A stretch of 64,000 bases of DNA. It comes from an uncultured Candidatus Saccharibacteria bacterium. GTDB taxonomy: Bacteria > Patescibacteriota > Minisyncoccia > Portnoybacterales > UBA2143. A model generated the notes under the pieces. That model made no database searches, was not told the origin of the DNA, and was given only the letters and a program-made list of their open reading frames with translations. The stretch spans positions 1,750 through 65,749 of the forward strand of contig CAZQUN010000001.1 of NCBI GenBank assembly GCA_964596615.1, given 5' to 3'. Shown here one piece after another: positions 56,502-64,000 of the stretch. How positions within the stretch are numbered: position 1 is the stretch's first letter; each line of letters starts with the position of its first letter. A program made the position numbers and the translations under genes.

Positions 56502-57451
56502 AAATCCTAAAAGAATTTTCTCGGCACTGGTATATCATTATCGGCATTCTAATCTTTCTCTATATTGTTTTCTACAAGATAAATTTAAGGGAAGTTTTTA
56601 GCATACTCGCTCAGGCCAATCCATATTCCATCCTCTTGGCTGCCTTTTTTACGATTTTAATGATTACCCTTCAGCCAATTAGGTGGAATTACTTAAAAAG
56701 AATTCAGGATATTAAGTATTCTCATAAGGATTCTTTTTTAATTTATAACGCTGGATTTTTCTTTTCATCAATTACTCCTGGAAGAGTTGGTGACTTTATT
56801 AAAGTTTTTTATTTGAAAAAAGATGGTCATTCAATCGGAAAGTCAATGGTTAGTATTACGATCGATAGAGTGGCTGATGTTCTTTTTCTTTTTCTCCTCG
56901 GATATTTTAGTCTCCTTTTCTTCTTTCCCTCTTTTCGAAAAGAAATTATTCTTCTAACCTTTCTTTCTCTAATTATCTTGGGAATCTTTGTCTTTTTCAG
57001 AAAAAACGGGCTTTTAAAAATCCTTTTTAACAGGGTTTCCAAGATAATAATTCCATCTAAATATCAAAAATCCTGGCATTTGAATTACCAGGATTTCATT
57101 AATGGCCTAAAGGAGTATCGATTCAAAAATTATTTTATCCTTCTTCTTTTCACCATTCTTAACTGGTTTTTCTATTATACCTCGATGTATTTTCTGGCTA
57201 AAAGCATTAATTTGGACAATATTCCTCTTTTTTACTTCGTCGGCTCGGTTGCCTTAGCTGCTTTAGCAGTCCTGATTCCAATTTCAATTTTTGGACTAGG
57301 AACCAGAGATGCAACTCTTCTGTTTTTCTTTTCTGCTGTTGGCATCAGTCCGGAGAAAACAATTGGCTTTTCAACTCTCTTTCTTTTGATTCTCCTGATG
57401 GCAACCCTAATTGGTTTTCTGGCCTGGTTGAAAAAACCATTAAAGTTTTAA
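56498..57451 (+). CDS. Polytopic membrane protein, flippase-like (UPF0104 / lysyl-PG-synthase TM-region family)
   Basis: 317 aa, ~8 TM helices, PGRVGDF motif. This family is usually found next to GT2 genes. Confidence 0.5.
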   Translation: MKILKEFSRHWYIIIGILIFLYIVFYKINLREVFSILAQANPYSILLAAFFTILMITLQPIRWNYLKRIQDIKYSHKDSFLIYNAGFFFSSITPGRVGDFIKVFYLKKDGHSIGKSMVSITIDRVADVLFLFLLGYFSLLFFFPSFRKEIILLTFLSLIILGIFVFFRKNGLLKILFNRVSKIIIPSKYQKSWHLNYQDFINGLKEYRFKNYFILLLFTILNWFFYYTSMYFLAKSINLDNIPLFYFVGSVALAALAVLIPISIFGLGTRDATLLFFFSAVGISPEKTIGFSTLFLLILLMATLIGFLAWLKKPLKF

Positions 57452-58504
57452 GAAATTCTTTATCAAAATCGGCCAATTAGAAGGATTGTTGACTAAACTG
57501 CTTTGAATTGCGTTCTCAAAAGTACAAGCGCATTTCTTATCCTTAATATATTTTAAAGTTTTCCTAGCCCTTTCGGTTGAAAGGACTTTTTTAATATCAT
57601 AATTAAAATCTTTTAAATTGCCGAAATCAGCATCGAGAATTTCACAAGGCCTGACCAGGCCATCTTCTGAAATGACGACCATTTCCTTTCCAGCCGAACA
57701 AACGTGTTTTCTTTTTCCTGTTCTAAGAAATCCTTCAATAATTTCCCTGGTTGCCATCTTATTCGCCGCCATAAGCCGGGAAAAAGCAAAGCCAGAACTA
57801 AAATTTTCTTTTTCCTTATTAACCATATCAGCAATCTGATGATAATCTTTATCAGAAAGATTACTAGTCCCGACCTCTCTAACACTTCCTCTTGCCCAGG
57901 AAAAATTAAAATCAGCCAAAGGCATTTCATTTCTGACAAAATTCATTACTTCCTTAACTTTGGTGTAGTTTTTGGTTGAAACCGTCATGTTAATCAGTAT
58001 TTCAAAGTCCTTAACGTTCTTTTTTAATTCAACCAGATTTCTGTAATTAACAACTACTTTTTCAAAACAGCCTTCCACTCTTCTGATCTTATTATGATCT
58101 TTGCCCAGGCCATCAAGAGAGAGACAAAGCTTTAAATATGGGTGCTTGGTTGTTTTAAGGATTTCTTCAACCATATCCTTTACCTTATCGACTAAAATAG
58201 AGTTAGTTGGAATGCTGATAAATTGAACTTTATTATTTCTGTCAAAAATTCGGGCGATTTCGGGCAAATCATTTCTTAAGGTCGGCTCGCCGCCAGTTAA
58301 AGTAACATATTCCAATTGGCCGAAAGATTTGGAAATCCTTTCAATTTCATCCAAAGATAATTCCTTATTAATAGCGGCCTGATCAATTTCTTTCCAATAA
58401 AAGCACATTGCGCAACGAGCATTGCACCGGGCAGTGGTAAAGAAAATGATGTAGGTTGGTGTTTTAGAGAATAAGTTTCTAAAACCCTTTAAGTATTTAT
58501 TCAT
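57440..58504 (-). CDS. Radical SAM protein with a C-terminal SPASM/twitch-type domain (second copy, opposite strand)
   Basis: CNARCAMC near the N-terminus; C-terminal CSAGKEMVVISEDGLVRPC...CACTFENA Cys cluster; 354 aa. Its 3' end overlaps the convergent gene by 12 nt. Confidence 0.8.
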   Translation of the reverse strand: MNKYLKGFRNLFSKTPTYIIFFTTARCNARCAMCFYWKEIDQAAINKELSLDEIERISKSFGQLEYVTLTGGEPTLRNDLPEIARIFDRNNKVQFISIPTNSILVDKVKDMVEEILKTTKHPYLKLCLSLDGLGKDHNKIRRVEGCFEKVVVNYRNLVELKKNVKDFEILINMTVSTKNYTKVKEVMNFVRNEMPLADFNFSWARGSVREVGTSNLSDKDYHQIADMVNKEKENFSSGFAFSRLMAANKMATREIIEGFLRTGKRKHVCSAGKEMVVISEDGLVRPCEILDADFGNLKDFNYDIKKVLSTERARKTLKYIKDKKCACTFENAIQSSLVNNPSNWPILIKNFLKL

Positions 58505-59468
58505 CTTTTTTGAAAGGATAGAAGATTAATGAAAATCCTGCTCCCAAGGCAGTCAAAAAGCAAAAATATAAATCGAGAATAAAGAAAGGGAAAATTAAGT
58601 GAATTCTTCTTTCCTTAATTAGAAACCAATAAAATCCGTAGTTATACAAAAGATAAACAAGAAAAAATGAAAGAAGAAGATAGAAAAAAGAAGGAAGAAA
58701 AACCAAAACAAGGATTAAAGGAAAAATCATTGCCCCGATTAAAGTTTTAATCCCTCTTTCTTTGGTTGAATAAACCGGATCAAATTTCTTTCTTTTGATA
58801 AAAAGACGGATCCATTGCCAGCTTCTTTTTAGTGTTTTCTTTGTCAATTGTCTGAAGGTCTCAAAATGATGACCGACCAAAATATTCCTGGCGATATATA
58901 TTTTAATATTTTCCTTGGCCAAACGATAGCCAAATTCAAAATCCTCAACATCAGCCCCTTTGTATTTTTGATCAAAATATCCGAATCTATCAAAGATATT
59001 TCTTTTAACGGCTGAACGCTCGGTAGTAAAAGATGTCTGGTATTCTCCTGGCTGACTCCAAAGATAATATTTGTAATAGGCGATATACAATGGAGTTAAT
59101 CCTTTGTTCAGAGGAGTCTTATCTTTGACCATAATAATTCCATCGATTTCCGGTTTTTCCAAGAAAATTTCATTTAATTCCGAAAGGGCATTATTCTCTT
59201 TAAAAGTGACATCCGAGTCAACAAAGACAACGATTTCTCCTTGGGCTTTTTTAATGCCGACGTTTCTGGCTCCGGCTGGACCCAAATTCTTTTCCAAAAC
59301 AATCTGTTTAGCATTGTATTGATTAATAATTTCTTCGGTTTTATCAGTTGAAGCATCGTTGATTAGAATAACCTCAAAATCAGAAAAGTTCTGCCTCTTC
59401 ACAGAATCTAAACACTTTCCTATTGTTTTTTCAGCATTGTAAGCCGGGATAACAATTGAGAATTTCAT
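58497..59468 (-). CDS. GT2 glycosyltransferase with a C-terminal TM anchor
   Basis: FSIVIPAYNAEKTI, ILINDASTD, FVDSDV (DxD) and a C-terminal hydrophobic domain. Confidence 0.75.
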   Translation of the reverse strand: MKFSIVIPAYNAEKTIGKCLDSVKRQNFSDFEVILINDASTDKTEEIINQYNAKQIVLEKNLGPAGARNVGIKKAQGEIVVFVDSDVTFKENNALSELNEIFLEKPEIDGIIMVKDKTPLNKGLTPLYIAYYKYYLWSQPGEYQTSFTTERSAVKRNIFDRFGYFDQKYKGADVEDFEFGYRLAKENIKIYIARNILVGHHFETFRQLTKKTLKRSWQWIRLFIKRKKFDPVYSTKERGIKTLIGAMIFPLILVLVFLPSFFYLLLSFFLVYLLYNYGFYWFLIKERRIHLIFPFFILDLYFCFLTALGAGFSLIFYPFKKDE

Positions 59469-59469
59469 A

Positions 59470-61188
59470 TTACCTGATTAGATTTAAAAACCAGCTTTTA
59501 GTTTGAGAGGTTTCCGGCAAGGAGACCTCAATATTATCGGAAGCAATATTTTCAACCCGAGAATTATTTAAAATCTCTTTGGTTAATTCAGGAGAGTAGC
59601 CAAGAACATATTTAACATTGAACTTATCAAAAGCAGGCTGAAGATTTTTCTGCTCAATTAGCTTTTCTATTGTTTTGGGCGCGAAAATGACAATTGATTT
59701 TTCAGTCTGGTAAGCTATTTTCTCCCACTGAGTCCCTGGTATACCAGGGCTGCTTAAGGCAATAATTTCTTCATCTTTAATCTTAAATTTCTTTATTTCC
59801 CTAACATGGGTATCAGCAGCCAAATATTCTTCGTTGTCATAGATTCTCCCCCACAAGACATGATTACTTAGAACCAGATTGTACAAAACCAACAGAATCA
59901 ACAGGGCTCCCATTATTCTCTTTCCATTATCTCCCATTCGAAAATACTGGGATAGAATATTGATCAAGAATAATAAGCCGAGAGCAATGACCAAAGCAAT
60001 CCCCCAACTAAAATCCATCAAATGATTGCGGGTTCCCATGTAGACATAGGAAGCAAAAAACAGAAAGAAGACGATCCAAAAAACAAAAAACCAATATAAA
60101 TAACTGTGTTCTCTTTTCAAAAATAAAAATCCAAAGATAAAAAGCAGAAAAATAAATGGTCCGCCAATATCCTCAATGGCAAAGAAACGAAAACTATGCC
60201 TTAAGAAATTAACTGTTCCAACCTTTAATCTTCCCACCAACCCCGGACTTTTAAAAGCCTGGGTGGCAGATACTTTGATTGCTTCTATCTCTTCGAACAT
60301 TCCCAAGTCAGGAGAAACGACACTTAGCCTTAGATCGTTTAGAAAGTTCTCTCGGTCAAAATGATAGGTATAAGGGTCTGGGAAAATATGATGATAGAGA
60401 AAAAAATCGAAAAAATCAGTTCTTTCTTCAATATCGGCCTTAAGAGGTTGCGCATAATAATCTTTGCCAGAAAATATCTCTGGCAGCCAGAAAAGAGAAA
60501 CAATGATAATAAATGGAATAAAAGTATAAATTAGGCACTTTTTTTCTTTTCTGAACAACAGATAAAGAAAAAAGGCAGGGGCAGCTGTGAACATTGCCTC
60601 CTTGGCTATGCCAGTTAGAGCTAAAAAAATACCTGATAGAAAGATTAAAAAATATCTGTATTTAAATTCTGATTTCAGTCCGATAAAGAATAATAGTGAG
60701 AATAAAGAAAAGAAAAGAAGGCAAATTTCATAAGTTCCGAAATTATAAACAATATAATACCAATTAAAAGGCAAAAGAACATAGACAAGAGAAAAAAGAG
60801 CGGCTATTTTAAAATCAAAAAGATAATAAACTACAATAGTGAAAATAATTAAAGTCAAAACCAGAATAGCTATTGAAACAAAAATCAAATTATTGTATTC
60901 GGGTAAACCAGTAATCCTAAAAATCTGAGCCAGGACAACAGAAGTCAGCTTATTACCAACAATAGAATTCTGCGCCTGTTCTTTGACTAAAGAGGGCGCC
61001 AGAATAATATTAAGACTATTTTCTGTTCCATAGATGCCTTCTTGAAAGTAATTCCGAGCCAATAATAAAGAACCGCGCGAAACCGTAGCTGAATAACCCT
61101 TGAACATTGTTGGGGCATACCAGACCGAAACAGCAAAAACAGCAACCCCAGCCAAAAGAATAATGAATTTTAATTTTTCTTTAGACAT
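59470..61188 (-). CDS. Large polytopic membrane protein, GT-C-fold glycosyltransferase-like (ArnT/PMT/oligosaccharyltransferase-like); tentative
   Basis: 572 aa, at least 11 predicted TM helices and a C-terminal soluble domain. Sits beside polyprenyl-P-sugar synthases. No diagnostic motif confirmed. Confidence 0.4.
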   Translation of the reverse strand: MSKEKLKFIILLAGVAVFAVSVWYAPTMFKGYSATVSRGSLLLARNYFQEGIYGTENSLNIILAPSLVKEQAQNSIVGNKLTSVVLAQIFRITGLPEYNNLIFVSIAILVLTLIIFTIVVYYLFDFKIAALFSLVYVLLPFNWYYIVYNFGTYEICLLFFSLFSLLFFIGLKSEFKYRYFLIFLSGIFLALTGIAKEAMFTAAPAFFLYLLFRKEKKCLIYTFIPFIIIVSLFWLPEIFSGKDYYAQPLKADIEERTDFFDFFLYHHIFPDPYTYHFDRENFLNDLRLSVVSPDLGMFEEIEAIKVSATQAFKSPGLVGRLKVGTVNFLRHSFRFFAIEDIGGPFIFLLFIFGFLFLKREHSYLYWFFVFWIVFFLFFASYVYMGTRNHLMDFSWGIALVIALGLLFLINILSQYFRMGDNGKRIMGALLILLVLYNLVLSNHVLWGRIYDNEEYLAADTHVREIKKFKIKDEEIIALSSPGIPGTQWEKIAYQTEKSIVIFAPKTIEKLIEQKNLQPAFDKFNVKYVLGYSPELTKEILNNSRVENIASDNIEVSLPETSQTKSWFLNLIR

Positions 61189-62614
61189 TTTTTTTCTTTT
61201 TTCTTAAACTAACCTGATTACTAAAGAGCCAATAACTGAAAGCATCTTTAATTGAAGGTCGATAAAACCAAAAGGTCTGCCAGGCAAAAAACGAAGAATG
61301 AACAGTTTCAAAAAATATATTTCTTTTAAGCTTTATCAGCCGTCTAACAATTGGTTCTAGAAAATATATCTTTGAAAGGAGAGGAATAAAGAAAAGTAAA
61401 TTTTCCAATTCCTCTTTATTCTCTAGGTTAAAAGGAGAATAATATTGGCTATTTAAATCCATCTGATTTGGATCATAATCTTCATCCAGATATCCCTTTT
61501 CCTTAGCGTAATCTAAAAGATGAGTTCCTGGAAAGGGCTGGGCAAATCCAATCGCAACAAGATCTGCCTTAATCTTACTATTAATCTGAGCAGTCTTAAA
61601 TCCATCATCAATTGACTCTCCCGGCAAGCACATCATATTAAAGGTTTTTAATTTCAATCCCTTGCTTTTAATAATCTTGGAGGCTCTGATAATATCATCA
61701 TCCGAAACATTTTTTTTCAAAATCTCATTTCGCAAACGCTCGTTGCCGGTTTCAATACCCATAGTTACCCCCCTGCAACCAGCGCTTTTTAAAAGATCAA
61801 CAGTGCTCTCATCAATTAAATCAGCTCTTACCTGGGCAATAAACTCTAGATTAATTTTCTCTTTGTACTTCCGAGAGAATTCTTTTAGCCAATCTTTCTT
61901 CAGAATAAAGGTATCATCTGAGAAATATATTCTCTTCAGACCATAATTATCTCTAACCATTGATATTTCCTCTATCAAACTATCAACGCTTCGTAATCTG
62001 GTGTATTTGCCTTTTCCAGCATAAAGATTCTTGTAAGCCTGGTTAACACAGAAAATGCAATCAAAAGGGCATCCCCGGCCGGCAATAAAATTCTTAACAA
62101 TGCTTTTTCTAAGATAATCATACTTTTTGTAATAGAGATCCCTATCAGGCAAAGGCAAGGCATTCAAATCTTCAATTAATGGCCTTAATGGATTTTTAAT
62201 AATTCTATCTCCTTCTTTTATCCAAATGTTTTCTATTCTTTTAATATCTTCTTTTCTTTCCATTTTTTCCACTAATTCCAAGAGAGCCTCTTCTCCTTCA
62301 CCGATACAAATCATATCAATTCCGTCCTGATTTAAAACATTAGGAGAAAAAGTCGGATGAGGGCCACCCATAATAATTGGGATATCAAATCTTTTTTTAA
62401 TTATTCTGGCCTTTTCCAAGGCCCAGTTATGAATTGTTGTTGTACAGGAAAATCCTATCAAATCGGGCTTAATCTGCCCTATTTCTTCAATCAAATCTTG
62501 ATTGTTTGAAGGAACAATAAGGGAGGCCTCGAAGCCAGCCTTTTTCAAAACACTTGAAAGATGCATTAGCCCAAAAGAGACAAACCCCGAATAACTGACA
62601 AAGAGAATTTTCAT
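61181..62614 (-). CDS. Cobalamin-binding radical SAM enzyme (class B) paralog 4
   Basis: B12-binding domain (KILFVSYSG...LIGFSC...IIMGGPHPT), then CPFDCIFC. Start set at MKILFV (62614). Confidence 0.8.
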   Translation of the reverse strand: MKILFVSYSGFVSFGLMHLSSVLKKAGFEASLIVPSNNQDLIEEIGQIKPDLIGFSCTTTIHNWALEKARIIKKRFDIPIIMGGPHPTFSPNVLNQDGIDMICIGEGEEALLELVEKMERKEDIKRIENIWIKEGDRIIKNPLRPLIEDLNALPLPDRDLYYKKYDYLRKSIVKNFIAGRGCPFDCIFCVNQAYKNLYAGKGKYTRLRSVDSLIEEISMVRDNYGLKRIYFSDDTFILKKDWLKEFSRKYKEKINLEFIAQVRADLIDESTVDLLKSAGCRGVTMGIETGNERLRNEILKKNVSDDDIIRASKIIKSKGLKLKTFNMMCLPGESIDDGFKTAQINSKIKADLVAIGFAQPFPGTHLLDYAKEKGYLDEDYDPNQMDLNSQYYSPFNLENKEELENLLFFIPLLSKIYFLEPIVRRLIKLKRNIFFETVHSSFFAWQTFWFYRPSIKDAFSYWLFSNQVSLRKKKKNV

Positions 62615-64000
62615 TTGAGTATGTTGCATAGGACTAAAAGACCTCTCAGATAGCGCCTCCATTCCATTGGTCTAGAAATTTTTCTAATTATATACCCAGG
62701 CCTTAAATAGAACCGACGGTATGCCCTTGAGACAACCCTTTTTAATTCATCCTTGTTCTTGTATCCCTTGGGTAAAAATGGATGACCTGAAATATCAAAG
62801 GATTTATCATCAATTGATGATACCTCTCCCCATTTTTTTCCTTCTTTATCAAGAGCGGTAAAAGGAAAGGCAATCGTTGAATGGAACTGGACAAAATCAG
62901 GCTCCAACTTAATTAAATCATCAACAGTTTTCTCCGCTATTTCCGGGGTCTCGCCCGGCAAGCCCAGCATCATAGACATCCGGGTCTCTATTCCAGCTGC
63001 CTTGGTCAATTTAACCGCCTGGTAATTAAACTTCAATTCCATCTTCTTATTAATATTATCCAATAACTCCTGGGAAAAACTTTCGACTCCGTAAAGAATT
63101 GAAACACAACCTGCTTTTTTCATTAATTCAAGTATTTCTTTATCAACTAAATCAGTTCTAGTCTGACAAGACCAAATTATCCCTAGATTTTCTTTAATTA
63201 ACAACTGACACAAATTCTTAACCCAATTCCTATTAACCGTAAAATTCAAAGAACCAAAATTAATCTGTTTTGCCCCGTAATCCTTTTTAACCAGCTTTAT
63301 CTCTTCAATAATCTTTTCGGGAGAACGAACCCGATAATTTCTTCCACCAACAATATTTAAAAGACAAAAAGTGCAGTCATATGGACAACCCCGCGAAGTT
63401 AAAACATCAAGACAAGGTTCTTTAACTACAGTATGGGGTAATTTCCGGTAATATTCCATCTTAAGCAACTCTCTGCTGGCCATAGGCAAATCATCAAGAT
63501 TTATCGGTGGCCGGACTTCATTCTCAATAATTTCTTTTCCTTTTCTAAAAATCAGCCCCTTTATTAATTCTTTCTCTCTTCCATCAACAAGTTCTTTAAT
63601 TGTTTCTTCCGGATCGCCATAGGCGCTGGCATCTATCCTTGGATTATTCCTCATGACTGACCTGATTAATTCTTTGCTGTAACTTCCAAAAAGAACGACT
63701 TGGCTGTTTTTAAGAGTGTTAGCAATGCTAATCGCGCCTTCCAAGCCCCAGCGACATCTATCAAAAGGGGCAAAGAGAACAAAATCCGGAGAAAAATTAT
63801 CAACATCTTTCAGAATGCTTTCCAAATGCCTATCTTCAACCAGACAATCAAGGATTTTTACCTGGTGGCCGCTATTAATCAAAACCGGAGCAAGAGTAAC
63901 AGCCTCCAATGGAAAAAGAGTCGTTCTAAAATTCCTTTTGAAGGAATTCTTTTCTTTGGGCTCCTTTCTTTTTTCTGGAGCAATATTGGGCGGGGAAATG
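62611..64000 (-). CDS. Cobalamin-binding radical SAM enzyme (class B) paralog 5; the 5' end runs beyond the window
   Basis: CPYDCTFC radical-SAM motif and a B12-domain-like N-region. The reading frame stays open upstream to position 64000, and the aligned N-terminus of the paralogs is missing, so the true start is outside the window. Confidence 0.75.
   Translation of the reverse strand, partial: ISPPNIAPEKRKEPKEKNSFKRNFRTTLFPLEAVTLAPVLINSGHQVKILDCLVEDRHLESILKDVDNFSPDFVLFAPFDRCRWGLEGAISIANTLKNSQVVLFGSYSKELIRSVMRNNPRIDASAYGDPEETIKELVDGREKELIKGLIFRKGKEIIENEVRPPINLDDLPMASRELLKMEYYRKLPHTVVKEPCLDVLTSRGCPYDCTFCLLNIVGGRNYRVRSPEKIIEEIKLVKKDYGAKQINFGSLNFTVNRNWVKNLCQLLIKENLGIIWSCQTRTDLVDKEILELMKKAGCVSILYGVESFSQELLDNINKKMELKFNYQAVKLTKAAGIETRMSMMLGLPGETPEIAEKTVDDLIKLEPDFVQFHSTIAFPFTALDKEGKKWGEVSSIDDKSFDISGHPFLPKGYKNKDELKRVVSRAYRRFYLRPGYIIRKISRPMEWRRYLRGLLVLCNILK

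Noticed and set aside
1-64000. Scanned for CRISPR arrays (regularly spaced short direct repeats) and cas genes
   Set aside because: No periodic repeat structure was seen. The only exact repeat found is the duplicated 63-nt promoter block at 36055/36641.
1-64000. Looked for tRNA, rRNA and tmRNA genes in intergenic spacers (2128-2247, 12095-12238, 14007-14298, 17628-17834, 18639-18757, 41248-41526, 44586-44672)
   Set aside because: No cloverleaf-compatible sequences (GTTCGAATC-like T-arm, CCA ends) or rRNA-like conserved blocks were recognised by eye. A covariance-model search is needed to be sure.
44586-64000. Considered whether the glycan/radical-SAM island is a mobile or horizontally acquired element
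   Set aside because: No integrase, transposase, flanking tRNA or direct-repeat boundaries are visible within the window. Codon usage and AT-richness look like the rest of the window by eye. The island's far boundary lies outside the window.

Overview
The window is AT-rich and gene-dense, with short genes that are tightly packed or overlapping. It looks like a reduced-genome bacterium of the Patescibacteria/CPR type, and that assignment is an inference. Supporting it: Lys-rich extensions on ribosomal proteins S9, S11 and on RpoA; ProRS and AlaRS shortened to their minimal domains; no lipid-synthesis genes where frr-uppS-cdsA-rseP usually sit; and several copies of canonical sigma70 promoters and AAGGAGG ribosome-binding sites. 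Positions ~1-44.6 kb lie mostly on the minus strand and carry housekeeping genes: tgt, a SpoU-family methyltransferase, mutM, two mreB paralogs, proS, rseP, frr, holB, murA, murB, secDF, secA, hpf, ftsA, alaS, and the infA-rpmJ-rpsM-rpsK-rpsD-rpoA-rplQ-rplM-rpsI block. Mixed in are two family-1 glycosyltransferases; a small glycan-utilisation locus (membrane-anchored GH5-like hydrolase, DMT transporter, GH1 beta-glucosidase); secreted or surface proteins (BNR beta-propeller, PEGA-domain protein, HEXXH metalloprotease); a split TraD/VirD4-like P-loop ATPase with a membrane partner; and a tandemly duplicated promoter-signal-peptide-protein-terminator cassette. Positions ~44.6 kb to the window end (continuing past 64000) form a large, tightly packed cell-envelope glycoconjugate biosynthesis and tailoring island. 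It holds a polyprenyl-phosphate sugar-1-P transferase, three GT2 enzymes (two ArnC/GtrB-like), a flippase-like membrane protein, a polytopic GT-C-like membrane protein, a polysaccharide deacetylase and a nitroreductase-family protein. It also holds three class I SAM methyltransferases, two radical-SAM/SPASM proteins and five paralogous cobalamin(B12)-binding radical SAM enzymes. This island is the most unusual system in the window. No rRNA or tRNA genes, CRISPR arrays or transposase/integrase genes were recognised by eye.
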